A DNA stretch of 64,000 bases from Candidatus Melainabacteria bacterium 17Bon1m. Lineage in GTDB: Bacteria; Cyanobacteriota; Vampirovibrionia; Obscuribacterales; Obscuribacteraceae. The translations under genes and the position numbers were made by a program. The notes under the pieces are model-generated. The model made no database searches, was not told the origin of the DNA, and was given only the letters and a program-made list of their open reading frames with translations. Of this stretch, positions 1 through 10,136 are shown piece by piece (within the stretch, counting starts at the first letter, position 1; each line of letters opens with the position of its first letter). The stretch is taken from assembly GCA_032128875.1 (NCBI GenBank), contig JAVLKG010000002.1, positions 288,001-352,000 of the forward strand. Reading direction: 5' to 3'.

Positions 1-92
1 TAGTCCTAAAAGCCCATCTTTGCCGGAATACTTTGTAACTTAGTTATGGGTAGAACTGGTAAGCTATTTAGCCAGGATCTGCCATAAGAATA

Positions 93-1337
93 ATGACCGA
101 TACGACACAACAGGCACAGGGAACAACCCACATACGAATTGGCGAGCTTCTCATGCAGTCGGAGATTCTTTCCTCCGATTTCATAAGAGACGCTCTAGAA
201 CGCTTCGAACAGCGTGGTCTGCCGATCGGCAAAGTGCTTGTCATGTCAGGTTATCTCACGGAATCGGAATTGCGCCAGGCTCTGGAAGTCCAAAGTCTCG
301 TCAATGACGGACATTTGCCTTTGGAATTGGGCGTCACCGTGTTGCGCGTAGCGCACAAAGAGCACATCTCACTTAATGATGCGTTTCAGCGCTCCGGCTT
401 GGTCCAGCCTGAAGATCAAGAGACGAATCGACTCGGTCAATTGCTGGTTGCTGCCGGAATCGTCACTGACAGAGACCTCGAAGAAGCCCTTCAAATCAAT
501 GTCCGCACCGGTTTGCCTCTGGGGCACGTATTTTGCTTCCATGGCTATGTATCGCAAGCGATCCTTTACACCGCGCTGCAAGTCCAGGAGTCTATTCGCC
601 GCAATGCGATTGGCAGGCCGGAGGCAATTCTCGGCTTGAATGCTGCGGCTAAGCGAGAGCGTAGTTTAGAACGTTTGGAAATCAACAAAGGCTATCAGAA
701 GCTCCCCATGAAGCAGGCTTTGCGCCTCGGTGAGATGCTCGTCGAAGCACGCGTGTTTGTCGACAAGTTGTTGCCGGATGCGCTTGTGCGTTCGCTGCAA
801 TTTCAAAAACCGATAGGCGAAATTCTCGTGCAATCTCACTTTGCCACCGCCGAATTGATCGATGCTGCTGTCGAGATGCAGGAGATGATCGACAACGGAT
901 GTTTGTTGCAAACAATGGCGAACGAAGTCCTGCTCAACATGCGCGCCAGCGAAGTTCCATTCGCAAGAGCGCTCGGTCAAGCCTGTACATTCCGCCATCG
1001 CAACAACCTGGCGAAAATCCTTGTAGAGCTGCTTGCGTCGGCTAAGGCTGTCACTTTGACAAAACTTACCAAAGACATTCAAGAGCGACTCGAGGTGAAT
1101 TACAACCAGATCAATGACGTGAGCAAACAGCTCTTAGAGCATGAGCTCGTTGATCCTGCCATGCTTTTCGCCGGTATGCGATGCGTCTATTTGGTCGATG
1201 TTAAGTTCATCAATATGGAACAGGCCGGTATCATCCTTGAGATTGTGAGCCAAACGCACGAGTCCGTAGACGAAGTTTTGCACACACTTGGATGGACGGC
1301 ACGAACCAGATTACGCGAACCGAAAAGCGCGCAGTAA
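93..1337 (+). CDS. Tandem MshEN-like repeat protein (putative c-di-GMP receptor/scaffold)
   Basis: Three pairs of 24-aa motifs (RIGELL../PIGKVL.., RLGQLL../PLGHVF.., RLGEML../PIGEIL..), each pair joined by a 5-aa linker; no ATPase domain. Confidence 0.7.
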   Translation: MTDTTQQAQGTTHIRIGELLMQSEILSSDFIRDALERFEQRGLPIGKVLVMSGYLTESELRQALEVQSLVNDGHLPLELGVTVLRVAHKEHISLNDAFQRSGLVQPEDQETNRLGQLLVAAGIVTDRDLEEALQINVRTGLPLGHVFCFHGYVSQAILYTALQVQESIRRNAIGRPEAILGLNAAAKRERSLERLEINKGYQKLPMKQALRLGEMLVEARVFVDKLLPDALVRSLQFQKPIGEILVQSHFATAELIDAAVEMQEMIDNGCLLQTMANEVLLNMRASEVPFARALGQACTFRHRNNLAKILVELLASAKAVTLTKLTKDIQERLEVNYNQINDVSKQLLEHELVDPAMLFAGMRCVYLVDVKFINMEQAGIILEIVSQTHESVDEVLHTLGWTARTRLREPKSAQ

Positions 1338-1375
1338 TCGCTTTACAGTTGCAAGTTTTGAGCTTGCCTTTTTTA

Positions 1376-3730
1376 CTAACTGCAGCAACCGCCTGGTGGC
1401 TCCCCGCCATTATCTTCATTCGCTTTGGCGTCGTCTGTTTTTTGCCCGTTCATTTCGGGGGCAATAGCCATACGTCCTGTCGTTGTTGAAGGATACTTCA
1501 AGCGCTCATGGTGCAAGGTTCTCCACACTCGCACGAATGCCTGGCGAACTTTGATCAATTCCTGATAAGTAAGTGAAGACTCGTTGAATTGTCCGTCTTC
1601 CCAGCGATTTTGAAATACCTTATCAATTGCCAGCTCGACTTCTTCTTGCGTTGGATCGTGCATGCTGTGCGTCACGGCTTCAGAGACGTCAGCAAGCATC
1701 ACAATTGCTGTCTCTTTCGACTGCGGCTTGGGACCTGGATATCGGTAAAATTTCGAGTCGACATTTTCGACTCCATCGCGAACGCACGCTTTGTGATAGA
1801 AATACGCCATCAGCGATGTGCCCTGGTGCATGGGAATGAAGTCTTGCACAGCTTTTGGCAATCGGTACTTCTCAGCTAGATCAATGCCATCTGTGACGTG
1901 CGCGAGGACCCTTTGCCTGCTTTCTTCCGGGGTCATATCATCATGCGGATTTTTTGCGCCTAATTGATTTTCGATGAAGTATTTCGGGCGTGCCATTTTG
2001 CCGATGTCGTGATACAGAGCTCCTGCACGCACGAGGTTGACGTCACCGCCAATGGCGCGGGCGCCGCCTTCTGCAAGATTTGCGACAGCCAGGCTGTGCT
2101 GATAAGTACCTGGTGCAGTTTCTTCGAGTTGTCTGAGTAAAGGTTGCTCTGCATCGGTGATTTCCGCCAATCTGAAAGGTGTGACCATTCCGAAAATACT
2201 TTCTAGGAATGGCAAACTACCTATCGCTAGCATGCAAGAAACTACCCCTGCGAATAGCTCAAACAGCGTCGGACGCCCGAGGTGATGAACAGAGTCCAAT
2301 CCATTGAACATAATCGACGACAAAATAAATGCAACAGCTTGAGTCATGCCGACAACGAAGCCTGTGAGCATGAGCGAATTTCGATGTTTTGTATAACAAA
2401 CAACCGCCGCCACTGCTGCCGTACTCAATGCAATCAAATGCCGCCCTTCAATCAGCTGTGCAACAGCAAGAATGACTATCAGTGGAACGGTCAGGGCACT
2501 CGAAACCCTTCGTCCGAAAAATATGGTCCAGACAAGTGCCGCCGCTGGTAGTGGCACGAATTGAGGATAGTTGTCGCCGATTAAACTGGCTGCTGTTGCC
2601 ACTGCAATCGCAACGGCATACATGAGCCCGATTGAGTTTGTTTGGAACAAGTGACGCGCATCAAAGGTATAGACTACGCCTGCTGCCAGTGCGATTGCGG
2701 CAAGCAACGAAATGCCCAGACCTATGATCATCGGCAGTCTATTTGTCTGCGCCATGCCCAGTTCGCGAAGTGTTTCGACATCACCCTGGGTCAACAGTTG
2801 GTGCCTTTTGACGATAACAGAGCTTTTCGTAATCAGTTTATAGACGGGCGCAACGTGCGCGGCGCTTTGTTCTGCCTTCTCGGCAGTCGCTTTTTCGTTA
2901 ACTTGAACATTGGTTTGCAGTGCAGAAGCAATCACCTGCGCTGTTTTTGCTTTTCTGGCTTGCTGCCAATTTTCCGGGAGGAATTCAGCGATGACTGGCT
3001 CCCATTCGACACTGGTTTCATGAGGGTATCGCTTGTGAATAGCGAGCAGCTTGTTGCTTGCTTTTTCTACGCTTGACTTGAAAGCCGGTAACTCATCAGG
3101 CGGAACAGTCATTGCCAAATAAAATGTCGCATCAAGCGTCACAGGTCTTTGAGTGCGAAACCTCTTAATATGCGAGTGTTGTGTTTTCAGTGCTTCGACC
3201 AAGTGCGCATTGGCGGGTTGCGCGCTCAGTTTGGACACTTCGGCGTCAAATGTTTCATCGCTTGCCACTAAGGTCGAAAAGTGTGCCACCACCGAGTCTT
3301 TAGTCGCTTGATCTAATTGAGACCAGCCTGATTCGTCGTAGTAGGCTTTCAAGTTTTCAAAAACTTCTTCGAGCCGGTTTTTGCAAGTTTGATCGCCACT
3401 TCTGTCGACGGCGAATACTGGCACGGTTCCGCGCTGTGCACGTTCCTTCGCCACCGCTGTGGCAGCAAAGTCCGTAACTCTCATGTTTTGCGGCGCTTTG
3501 ATTGTGTTTTCCGCAAAGTCACCCGCACGCAGCTCGGGGCGTACCAGGTAGGTAGTGACCAGAGCGAGGAAGAGGAGTGTGAAACCGACAATACCCATCG
3601 TCAGCCAGTTGAAGAAGCTTCGGCCGGTGGGAAAAATGTCGTGGTGAATTTCTGGATGATAAACCGGTAGAGACGCGGTTTGAGCGGTTACCGATTTTGC
3701 ATTATAAGACGCCATAGTCCTGACTGGCAT
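1376..3730 (-). CDS. 7TM-HD family phosphohydrolase (PgpH/YqfF-like cyclic dinucleotide phosphodiesterase)
   Basis: N-terminal TM, large extracytoplasmic domain, 7TM block, then APGTYQHSLAVANLAE, YHDIGK, HQGT, YRYPGPKPQSKETAIVMLAD motifs. Confidence 0.9.
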   Translation of the reverse strand: MPVRTMASYNAKSVTAQTASLPVYHPEIHHDIFPTGRSFFNWLTMGIVGFTLLFLALVTTYLVRPELRAGDFAENTIKAPQNMRVTDFAATAVAKERAQRGTVPVFAVDRSGDQTCKNRLEEVFENLKAYYDESGWSQLDQATKDSVVAHFSTLVASDETFDAEVSKLSAQPANAHLVEALKTQHSHIKRFRTQRPVTLDATFYLAMTVPPDELPAFKSSVEKASNKLLAIHKRYPHETSVEWEPVIAEFLPENWQQARKAKTAQVIASALQTNVQVNEKATAEKAEQSAAHVAPVYKLITKSSVIVKRHQLLTQGDVETLRELGMAQTNRLPMIIGLGISLLAAIALAAGVVYTFDARHLFQTNSIGLMYAVAIAVATAASLIGDNYPQFVPLPAAALVWTIFFGRRVSSALTVPLIVILAVAQLIEGRHLIALSTAAVAAVVCYTKHRNSLMLTGFVVGMTQAVAFILSSIMFNGLDSVHHLGRPTLFELFAGVVSCMLAIGSLPFLESIFGMVTPFRLAEITDAEQPLLRQLEETAPGTYQHSLAVANLAEGGARAIGGDVNLVRAGALYHDIGKMARPKYFIENQLGAKNPHDDMTPEESRQRVLAHVTDGIDLAEKYRLPKAVQDFIPMHQGTSLMAYFYHKACVRDGVENVDSKFYRYPGPKPQSKETAIVMLADVSEAVTHSMHDPTQEEVELAIDKVFQNRWEDGQFNESSLTYQELIKVRQAFVRVWRTLHHERLKYPSTTTGRMAIAPEMNGQKTDDAKANEDNGGEPPGGCCS

Positions 3731-3948
3731 TCATGCGGGCAGTAAGTCGATCCTAGTGAATTATGCCCTAAATCGCCCATCTATTTATGTATTGGTTATG
3801 TATTCGGTCCGTATTTCCTGTTTTTCAGTGCTTTTTTGGCGCTTCGCGCTCAAAAATGCCCTAGTTTTATCGACTTCGATCCATGCGTTGGTAGGCGTGC
3901 AAGCCCGCAAAGGCTCACCTGGCTGGAAAATTGTTCTTCCCGTTGAGA

Positions 3949-4992
3949 CTAGTCGAGATTTACGGTCTTCTTAACTGTGTAAACGCGCTTGTCTTGTGAC
4001 TCGTGGTAAGTCCGGACAAGGATTTCCGCGAGCAAACCCATCAAGATCAGCTGGATGCCGACCATGAAGAACATGGAGACAATCACAGGCAGCGGCGTTT
4101 CGATAAAGGAAGTGCCATAACCGTATTTCAGTACGACCATCCAGGCAAAAGCGGCCGCACAAGCTGCAAGCGACCAGAGTCCGGCAGAGCCGAAGATATA
4201 GATAGGTTTGGTCAGATACGAGGACATGAACTTGATGGTGATCAAGTCCAGCACGACCTTGAATGTACGGTTGATGCCGTATTTTGATTGTCCAAATTGA
4301 CGAGCATAGTGATTTACTGGAATTTCAGTGACTTTTGCACCCATCCAGCTAGCGTAAATTGGCACGAATCGGTGCATCTCGCCGTACAGGCGCACACCTT
4401 CGAGAACCTCGCGGCGGTAGGCTTTCAGAGAGCAGCCATAGTCATGCAGAGCGACACCGCTTATGACAGAGATGATCTTATTGGCTGTCCAAGAAGGAAT
4501 CAGGCGCAGCATCAGCCCGTCTTTGCGCTTCTTACGCCAGCCGCTGACACAGTCGAAGCCTTCTTCCAATTTTTCGATTAGTCTGCCGATGTCGGCCGGA
4601 TCGTTCTGCAAATCGGCATCCATCGGGATAATGATGCTGCCTTTGGCGTGGTCGATACCTGCAGACAATGCCGCGGTCTGACCGAAATTTCGAACAAAAC
4701 GAACTAATTTGACGCGCGAGTCTTTGAGCGCGATCTTTTCTAGTTTTTCAAAACTCTTGTCTTTCGAGCCGTCATCTACCAACACCACTTCCCAGGTGCG
4801 ACCGACCACTTCTGCGGCGGCCACGATTTTTTGATACAGAAGCTCTACATTTTCTTCTTCGTTATATACCGGTATCACAAGTGATATGCCGGGTCTGTTC
4901 GGGTGCGCAGCAATCGATTTGCTGTTGCCTTCCGGGGCAAAAGTAAGCGTCTGCGCTTGAGTGCTGATGTTTACGTCGCTGCCTGTCGTCAT
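3949..4992 (-). CDS. Glycosyltransferase family 2, polyprenol-phosphate glycosyltransferase (ArnC/GtrB-like)
   Basis: VIPVYNEE, VDDGSKD, RNFGQTAA, MDADLQNDP motifs; two C-terminal TM helices. Confidence 0.9.
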   Translation of the reverse strand: MTTGSDVNISTQAQTLTFAPEGNSKSIAAHPNRPGISLVIPVYNEEENVELLYQKIVAAAEVVGRTWEVVLVDDGSKDKSFEKLEKIALKDSRVKLVRFVRNFGQTAALSAGIDHAKGSIIIPMDADLQNDPADIGRLIEKLEEGFDCVSGWRKKRKDGLMLRLIPSWTANKIISVISGVALHDYGCSLKAYRREVLEGVRLYGEMHRFVPIYASWMGAKVTEIPVNHYARQFGQSKYGINRTFKVVLDLITIKFMSSYLTKPIYIFGSAGLWSLAACAAAFAWMVVLKYGYGTSFIETPLPVIVSMFFMVGIQLILMGLLAEILVRTYHESQDKRVYTVKKTVNLD

Positions 4993-5281
4993 CTATTACG
5001 AGCCTATTGTTGGTCAGAGACATTATCTTGCAGTTCTCTTGACTGGTGTGCTCACCTTGAGATCTTTTCATGATGTACGTTACAGCAGGAAAGGCATGTT
5101 TGCTTTGCAATAATTAGATGAAGCCCGACCAGCTCACAATCGGCAGATTGAGAAAAACTCATTTTTGCTTTGTACGTAAAATGACTAGATTTCTCTTATG
5201 TAGAAACACCGGATTTGAAATGGTTGTCTTTAGTTTTTGTAAGTTAGTAGCACAAGCTAGTAGGTCAAAAAACGTTCGCGA

Positions 5282-6478
5282 ATGACTATTGTTCCAACAA
5301 ATGGCGAGAAGAAAGACAGGAAGGACAGCAAGGACGGTCCTGGGCAGTCCAAGGCGGATACGCCTGAAAAGCTTGAAAAACTGGAAAAACCTGAGAAACA
5401 GCCGGCCGCCGAGCGCGATTTGAAGGCGAAAGCTAATCGCACGCAGGTTCTATCTGCCAAGGAAACGGCAGCCGATTTGAAGTCCGACGCCACTTTGCGC
5501 CCCCAGACTTTGGAAGAGTACATTGGTCAGAGTCGATTGAAGACCATGCTTACGATGTCTATTGGCGCAGCAAAGTCACGCGATGAAGCACTGGATCATG
5601 TTCTTTTTTACGGTCCGCCTGGTCTGGGAAAAACAACTCTCGCACGCGTAATTGCAAATGAGATGGGCGCGCGCATTCATATGACGTCGGGCCCCAGCCT
5701 GGAGCGCCCGCGCGACATCATCGGGCTTGTTCACCAGTTGGAAGCAGGCGATGTCCTATTTATTGATGAAATCCATCGTCTCAGCCGCGTAGCCGAAGAA
5801 CTTCTCTATCCTGCAATTGAAGATTTCGTAATTGATTTGACCTCCGGCAAAGGTCATGCGACACGGACGATGCGCCTTCCATTGCCGAAGTTCACTCTCA
5901 TTGGCGCTACCACTAAAGCAGGCATGATTTCGAACGCACTGCGCGATCGTTTTGGATTTGTCTTGCGATTGGAATTTTATTCCAAAGAAGAACTTTCTTT
6001 GATCGTCGCTCGTACAGCCAAATTATTGAATGTACCGATGACTCAGGACGCCGTGGTGGCAATTGCCGGACGCGCCAGAGGCACGCCGCGTATTGCCAAT
6101 CGTTTGGTGCGTCTTGTTCGCGACTACGGTCACTTCCAGGGCGCCGAGACCGTTACGGAGGACATTGCCGTGGCGGCTCTTGATTCGTATCAAGTTGATG
6201 CTTTTGGCCTTGATGCGACAGACAGACGAATGCTCGAAATCTTGATTGAGCACTACCAAGGCGGTCCAGTTGGTATTGAAACCATCGCAGCCACACTGGG
6301 CGAAGACTCTGACACACTAGAAGATGTGTACGAACCGTTTCTCATACAAGCCGGTTTTATTCAACGCACTCCGCGCGGTCGTTGTGCGACTCCGCAGGCG
6401 TACACGCATTTAGGCCGAACACCGATGAACAACCACCTCGGCGCGGGGCAGCTGGGCATCGAGTTCAACAAGGAGTGA
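5282..6478 (+). CDS. ruvB: Holliday junction branch migration helicase RuvB
   Basis: LRPQTLEEYIGQ, GPPGLGKTT, FIDEIHRL, FTLIGATT, RGTPRIANRL, GGPVG, YEPFL..RTPRGR. Confidence 0.97.
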   Translation: MTIVPTNGEKKDRKDSKDGPGQSKADTPEKLEKLEKPEKQPAAERDLKAKANRTQVLSAKETAADLKSDATLRPQTLEEYIGQSRLKTMLTMSIGAAKSRDEALDHVLFYGPPGLGKTTLARVIANEMGARIHMTSGPSLERPRDIIGLVHQLEAGDVLFIDEIHRLSRVAEELLYPAIEDFVIDLTSGKGHATRTMRLPLPKFTLIGATTKAGMISNALRDRFGFVLRLEFYSKEELSLIVARTAKLLNVPMTQDAVVAIAGRARGTPRIANRLVRLVRDYGHFQGAETVTEDIAVAALDSYQVDAFGLDATDRRMLEILIEHYQGGPVGIETIAATLGEDSDTLEDVYEPFLIQAGFIQRTPRGRCATPQAYTHLGRTPMNNHLGAGQLGIEFNKE

Positions 6479-6488
6479 AGAAGTAGTC

Positions 6489-7865
6489 GTGGGCTTTATT
6501 GCAAGAGCACCGCTTTTTCTTTGTTGTGCTCTCGTCGCTGTTTTTCTTTCGTTTGTTGTGCTGGCGTCTGACGCCGCGCCATCGGCTGACGCCGCGCCAT
6601 CGGCTGACGCCAAGCCATCCGCTGGCGCTAAGCCTTCCGTGGATGCCCAGACTTCCTCTGCTACCCAGCCTTCCACTGACGCAAAGAAACCGACAGCTCG
6701 CATCGTCGAGCGTGGCAACGGGCCGATTGACGAGTCTTTCGTTGTTGGCAAAGTGAAAGCCGTCTCTGCCGCGAAAGTTGATCAGTTCTTGCTCGACAAA
6801 ACCGGCATGGTGAGCAATCGGCAGGTCGTCGAGGTTGAAGTCACCGAAGGTCCACTGAGCGGGCAAACCTTCACGGTCATGAATGAAATCACCGACAATC
6901 CTTCTTTCAATGTTTCTGTCACACCCGGTCAGGAAGTAATACTGTCGGTGGTGACAGGAGGGGGCGATCGCGAGGTCAACATCGCTGACTATCACAGGGC
7001 TCCCATCATTGTCGGTCTGGCAGTGGTTTTCCTTGCTGCATTCCTTTTCTTTGGCGGCAAGCAAGGATTTAAATCACTTGCAGGTTTGGTCGCTACCGTA
7101 GCACTTATTGCATTTGTTCTTCTTCCTATGAGTCTCAGCGGTTTCGATCCGCTTGTCGTGGCAATCTTCATTTGCCTTGCTGCGGCATCATGCAGCATGT
7201 TTTTTGTGGCTGGTTTTTCACGCAAAGCATTTGCGGCCGTTATCGGCACCGTAGGTGGTGTGATCGTCGCGGGCGTTTCAGCAGAGATTGTTATTGCTTT
7301 TGCCCCACTCACCGGTCTTTCAAGTGAGGAGGCACAAATCTTGCGAGGCTCTTTGCTCAATCAAAAGCCTGTCTTCTTTAGTGGACTTCTCGCGGCGGGC
7401 ATGTTGATTGGTGCATTGGGCGTCATTATGGATGTGGCAATATCCATTTCTTCCACAGTGACTGAAGTCGCGCGCACTGCCGCGAACCCCACCTTCAAGC
7501 TCCTCTACAACGCCGGAATGAATGTCGGTCGCGACATTATGGGTACAATGACCAACACCCTCGTGCTCGCTTATGCCGGTGGCGCATTGCCCTTGCTTTT
7601 GCTGGCCAGGCAGATGCCCTCAGTGAAGTTAATCAATCTTGATCTGTTTGCAACAGAAATAGCATCAGCCTTGAGCGGCAGTCTGGGCCTGGTTTTTACT
7701 ATCCCACTTACAGCCCTTGTGTCGGCTTATCTAATCGGTCGTGCTGGAAACACCACTTCCATATCAGGTAAAAAGGAGCAAGAAGATGAGGGCATTCGGA
7801 TCGAGGACATGCCAGAAGGCGGTGCGCTGACACCTAGCAAAGACCAGTCAGAGGGGATTCGATGA
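6489..7865 (+). CDS. YibE/F family membrane protein
   Basis: IGALGVIMDVAISISS, GMNVGRDIMGTMTNTLVLAYAG motifs; multiple TM helices. Confidence 0.9.
   Translation: MGFIARAPLFLCCALVAVFLSFVVLASDAAPSADAAPSADAKPSAGAKPSVDAQTSSATQPSTDAKKPTARIVERGNGPIDESFVVGKVKAVSAAKVDQFLLDKTGMVSNRQVVEVEVTEGPLSGQTFTVMNEITDNPSFNVSVTPGQEVILSVVTGGGDREVNIADYHRAPIIVGLAVVFLAAFLFFGGKQGFKSLAGLVATVALIAFVLLPMSLSGFDPLVVAIFICLAAASCSMFFVAGFSRKAFAAVIGTVGGVIVAGVSAEIVIAFAPLTGLSSEEAQILRGSLLNQKPVFFSGLLAAGMLIGALGVIMDVAISISSTVTEVARTAANPTFKLLYNAGMNVGRDIMGTMTNTLVLAYAGGALPLLLLARQMPSVKLINLDLFATEIASALSGSLGLVFTIPLTALVSAYLIGRAGNTTSISGKKEQEDEGIRIEDMPEGGALTPSKDQSEGIR
6568..6693 (+). repeat. In-frame 18-bp tandem repeat (7 degenerate copies) encoding a DAAPSA-type linker
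   Basis: ctgacgccgcgccatcgg twice exactly, then progressively diverged copies (ctgacgccaagccatccg, ctggcgctaagccttccg...). Confidence 0.85.
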
Positions 7866-8761
7866 AAAGAATTCTCTACGGCTTCGCACTTTTCTTTATT
7901 GCAGTTGCCAGCATTTTGTGGGGTGGACTGATTTTTCCACTTGTCATGGCTTTCGCGTGTTATTGGGGCGGTAACGAATTCGTCAATATGTCCAGGGCGA
8001 AAGGGTTTAAACCATCGCCCCGGATTGTAAAGGGAATGATTCTGGCATTCTTTGCGGTTGCCTCGTTGCCGGTTATTCCTGGTTTAAACATCCCCTGCAC
8101 CTATCCGCTCGAGCACTATCCGCTGCTTTTGACGGTTGGAATTTGCCTGTCATTTTTTCGGCTGCTTTTTCGTCATGAGTCGCCGCCCGCAACTATTGCG
8201 GACATCGCCACCACGATTTTGGGTTTCATCTATGTAGGTTTTCTCCCTAGCCATCTGGTTTTGCTGAGAAATTTGACGGCGCCCGGAGTTCCCCAGGCGG
8301 TCAATCCACTGCAGCAGCCTGGTCTTGCGTATGTTTGGGTGTGCCTTTTTATCGTTTGGGCGACTGATGTCTTCGCATATTACGCGGGCAAAAAGTTTGG
8401 GAAACATTTGCTCTACCCTCAGATAAGTCCCAAAAAGACGATAGAGGGAGCCGTTGCCGGGCTTTTGGCTTCAATATTTTGGGCCACTGTGGTGGTATAT
8501 GCCGCTGACAATTTCTTGTTTGTAAACACTCATCCATTTCGCGACAAAATCTGGCATGCGCCGCTGATGGGGCTTTTCGTCTCGGTCGGGGCTCAATTAG
8601 GAGATCTTTGCGAATCACTTCTCAAGAGAGACGCAGGGATGAAGGACTCTAGCGACGCAATCCCTGGCCACGGCGGGCTCTTGGATAGAGGCGATAGCTT
8701 GATTTTTGGCTCCCCGATTAGCTACTACTGGATATGGATCGTAGTTTTGGGACATTTTTAA
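7862..8761 (+). CDS. cdsA: Phosphatidate cytidylyltransferase
   Basis: ISPKKTIEG, GDLCESLLKRDAGMKDSS..IPGHGGLLDR signature. Confidence 0.95.
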   Translation: MKRILYGFALFFIAVASILWGGLIFPLVMAFACYWGGNEFVNMSRAKGFKPSPRIVKGMILAFFAVASLPVIPGLNIPCTYPLEHYPLLLTVGICLSFFRLLFRHESPPATIADIATTILGFIYVGFLPSHLVLLRNLTAPGVPQAVNPLQQPGLAYVWVCLFIVWATDVFAYYAGKKFGKHLLYPQISPKKTIEGAVAGLLASIFWATVVVYAADNFLFVNTHPFRDKIWHAPLMGLFVSVGAQLGDLCESLLKRDAGMKDSSDAIPGHGGLLDRGDSLIFGSPISYYWIWIVVLGHF

Positions 8762-8829
8762 GCGAGCAGGAGACCCTGAGCGCTATGTATGATATGTTCT
8801 ATAGACCTGCCCGAATCGGGCGCGTTCTT

Positions 8830-8919
8830 GGAGAGGTGGCTGAGTGGTCGAAAGCGGCTTCCTGCTAAGAAGTTGTACGGTCAAAAGCTGTACCGAGGGT
8901 TCGAATCCCTCCCTCTCCG
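8830..8919 (+). tRNA. tRNA-Ser (anticodon GCT), CCA not encoded
   Basis: Acceptor stem GGAGAGG/CCTCTCC, D-arm GCTGAGTGGTCGAAAGC, anticodon arm GCTTC-CTGCTAA-GAAGT, long variable arm, T-arm GAGGGTTCGAATCCCTC, discriminator G. Confidence 0.97.
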
Positions 8920-9008
8920 AATCTTTCGAACCAAACTGAACCCAGCGATGCTCGCGCGCCAAGTGCCGGAGAGTCGCTAAGTGCTTTTGGGACTGCTACA
9001 GTTTTTCA

Positions 9009-10100
9009 GTGACTACTGAAAGTTCTATAGCCAACAATCCTGAGCGACTCAGTTATAAATCGCAGCTCGACACGCTGCGGTTGATCGCTGTGATGCTCGT
9101 ATTTCATTTCCATGCCGGTGTATTTTTGCAGCACAACGGCAATCAGTTTCCCTATGGCGCGCTGGGGGTGCAGATTTTCTTTGTATTGTCCGGGTTCTTG
9201 ATCACGCGCATTTTGGAGGCAAATCATACCGGCAATCTCCTGCTTGATTTGAAAACCTTCTACATCCGCCGCTGTTTGCGCATCTTTCCGGCGTACTACC
9301 TTTTGATTACGCTGCTGCTTTTAATCGGACAACTACCTTTTCCGATTTATCAATTTACTTACCTCTTCAACTTGAAGGTTTTCCTCGACAAGGGCTTCAC
9401 CGGTACAGTCGTCCATTTCTGGTCATTGTGCGTTGAAGAGCAGTTCTATCTCTTGTATCCGCTAGCGCTTCTTTTAACTCCCAAGCGCCTGCGAATTTAT
9501 TTGCTGTGCATTCTAATAGTGGCGTCTATGGTGGCGAACGTGATTGCCGGGAAACACTTTTCAGACAGACCTTATTACATGCTTTTGCCTGTATGCGGTC
9601 AGTTTTTGCTCTGGGGCTGCTTGGCTGGGCACGTCCAGTTGCGCGGCTGGGGCACAAAAATCGACGGCGTCTATCTGTTTGTCATCGGTTTGATTTTGCA
9701 GGCGATTGACCAATATTTTGTATTGACGACGAAAAATTTCTCCGACATGAACGACCTTTTCTGGTACCGCCAATATACATTGAGTGCAATCAGCATTGCG
9801 CTCATGGTGTTCGGTCTGTGGGAAACGAAAAACAGTTTTGTGTTGAAAGTGTTCAACTACAGACCATTCGCATACCTTGGCAAAATTAGTTATGGGATTT
9901 ATCTCTATCATCCATTTGCTTTTGTAATCTACATGCTGATCTGTTATTTCCAGCCAGCATTCAAAGCTGTGAACGGGGAGTTGGTCGCGTTTACTGTGAC
10001 CGTTGTCTGGTCTATTCTTTCCTGGCAATTTTTCGAATCACGTGTTTTGACATTGAAAGAACGGTTCGCATACCGTGGGGAGAGCCCCCAAGCAGCGTAA
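9009..10100 (+). CDS. Acyltransferase family 3 (OafA-like O-acyltransferase)
   Basis: LDTLRLIA, GVQIFFVLSGFLI, FYIRRCLRIFP, HFWSLCVEEQFY, GKISYGIYLYH. Confidence 0.92.
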   Translation: MTTESSIANNPERLSYKSQLDTLRLIAVMLVFHFHAGVFLQHNGNQFPYGALGVQIFFVLSGFLITRILEANHTGNLLLDLKTFYIRRCLRIFPAYYLLITLLLLIGQLPFPIYQFTYLFNLKVFLDKGFTGTVVHFWSLCVEEQFYLLYPLALLLTPKRLRIYLLCILIVASMVANVIAGKHFSDRPYYMLLPVCGQFLLWGCLAGHVQLRGWGTKIDGVYLFVIGLILQAIDQYFVLTTKNFSDMNDLFWYRQYTLSAISIALMVFGLWETKNSFVLKVFNYRPFAYLGKISYGIYLYHPFAFVIYMLICYFQPAFKAVNGELVAFTVTVVWSILSWQFFESRVLTLKERFAYRGESPQAA

Positions 10101-10136
10101 ATAGCGATTCTGTACTGCCTTGGCGCGTTTTCTAAT

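Noticed and set aside
8789..8980. 63-aa ORF
   Set aside because: It is the tRNA-Ser locus read as codons.
8920..10100. Possible genomic island integrated at tRNA-Ser
   Set aside because: The acyltransferase looks somewhat AT-richer, but I found no integrase and no duplicated tRNA 3' end in the window.
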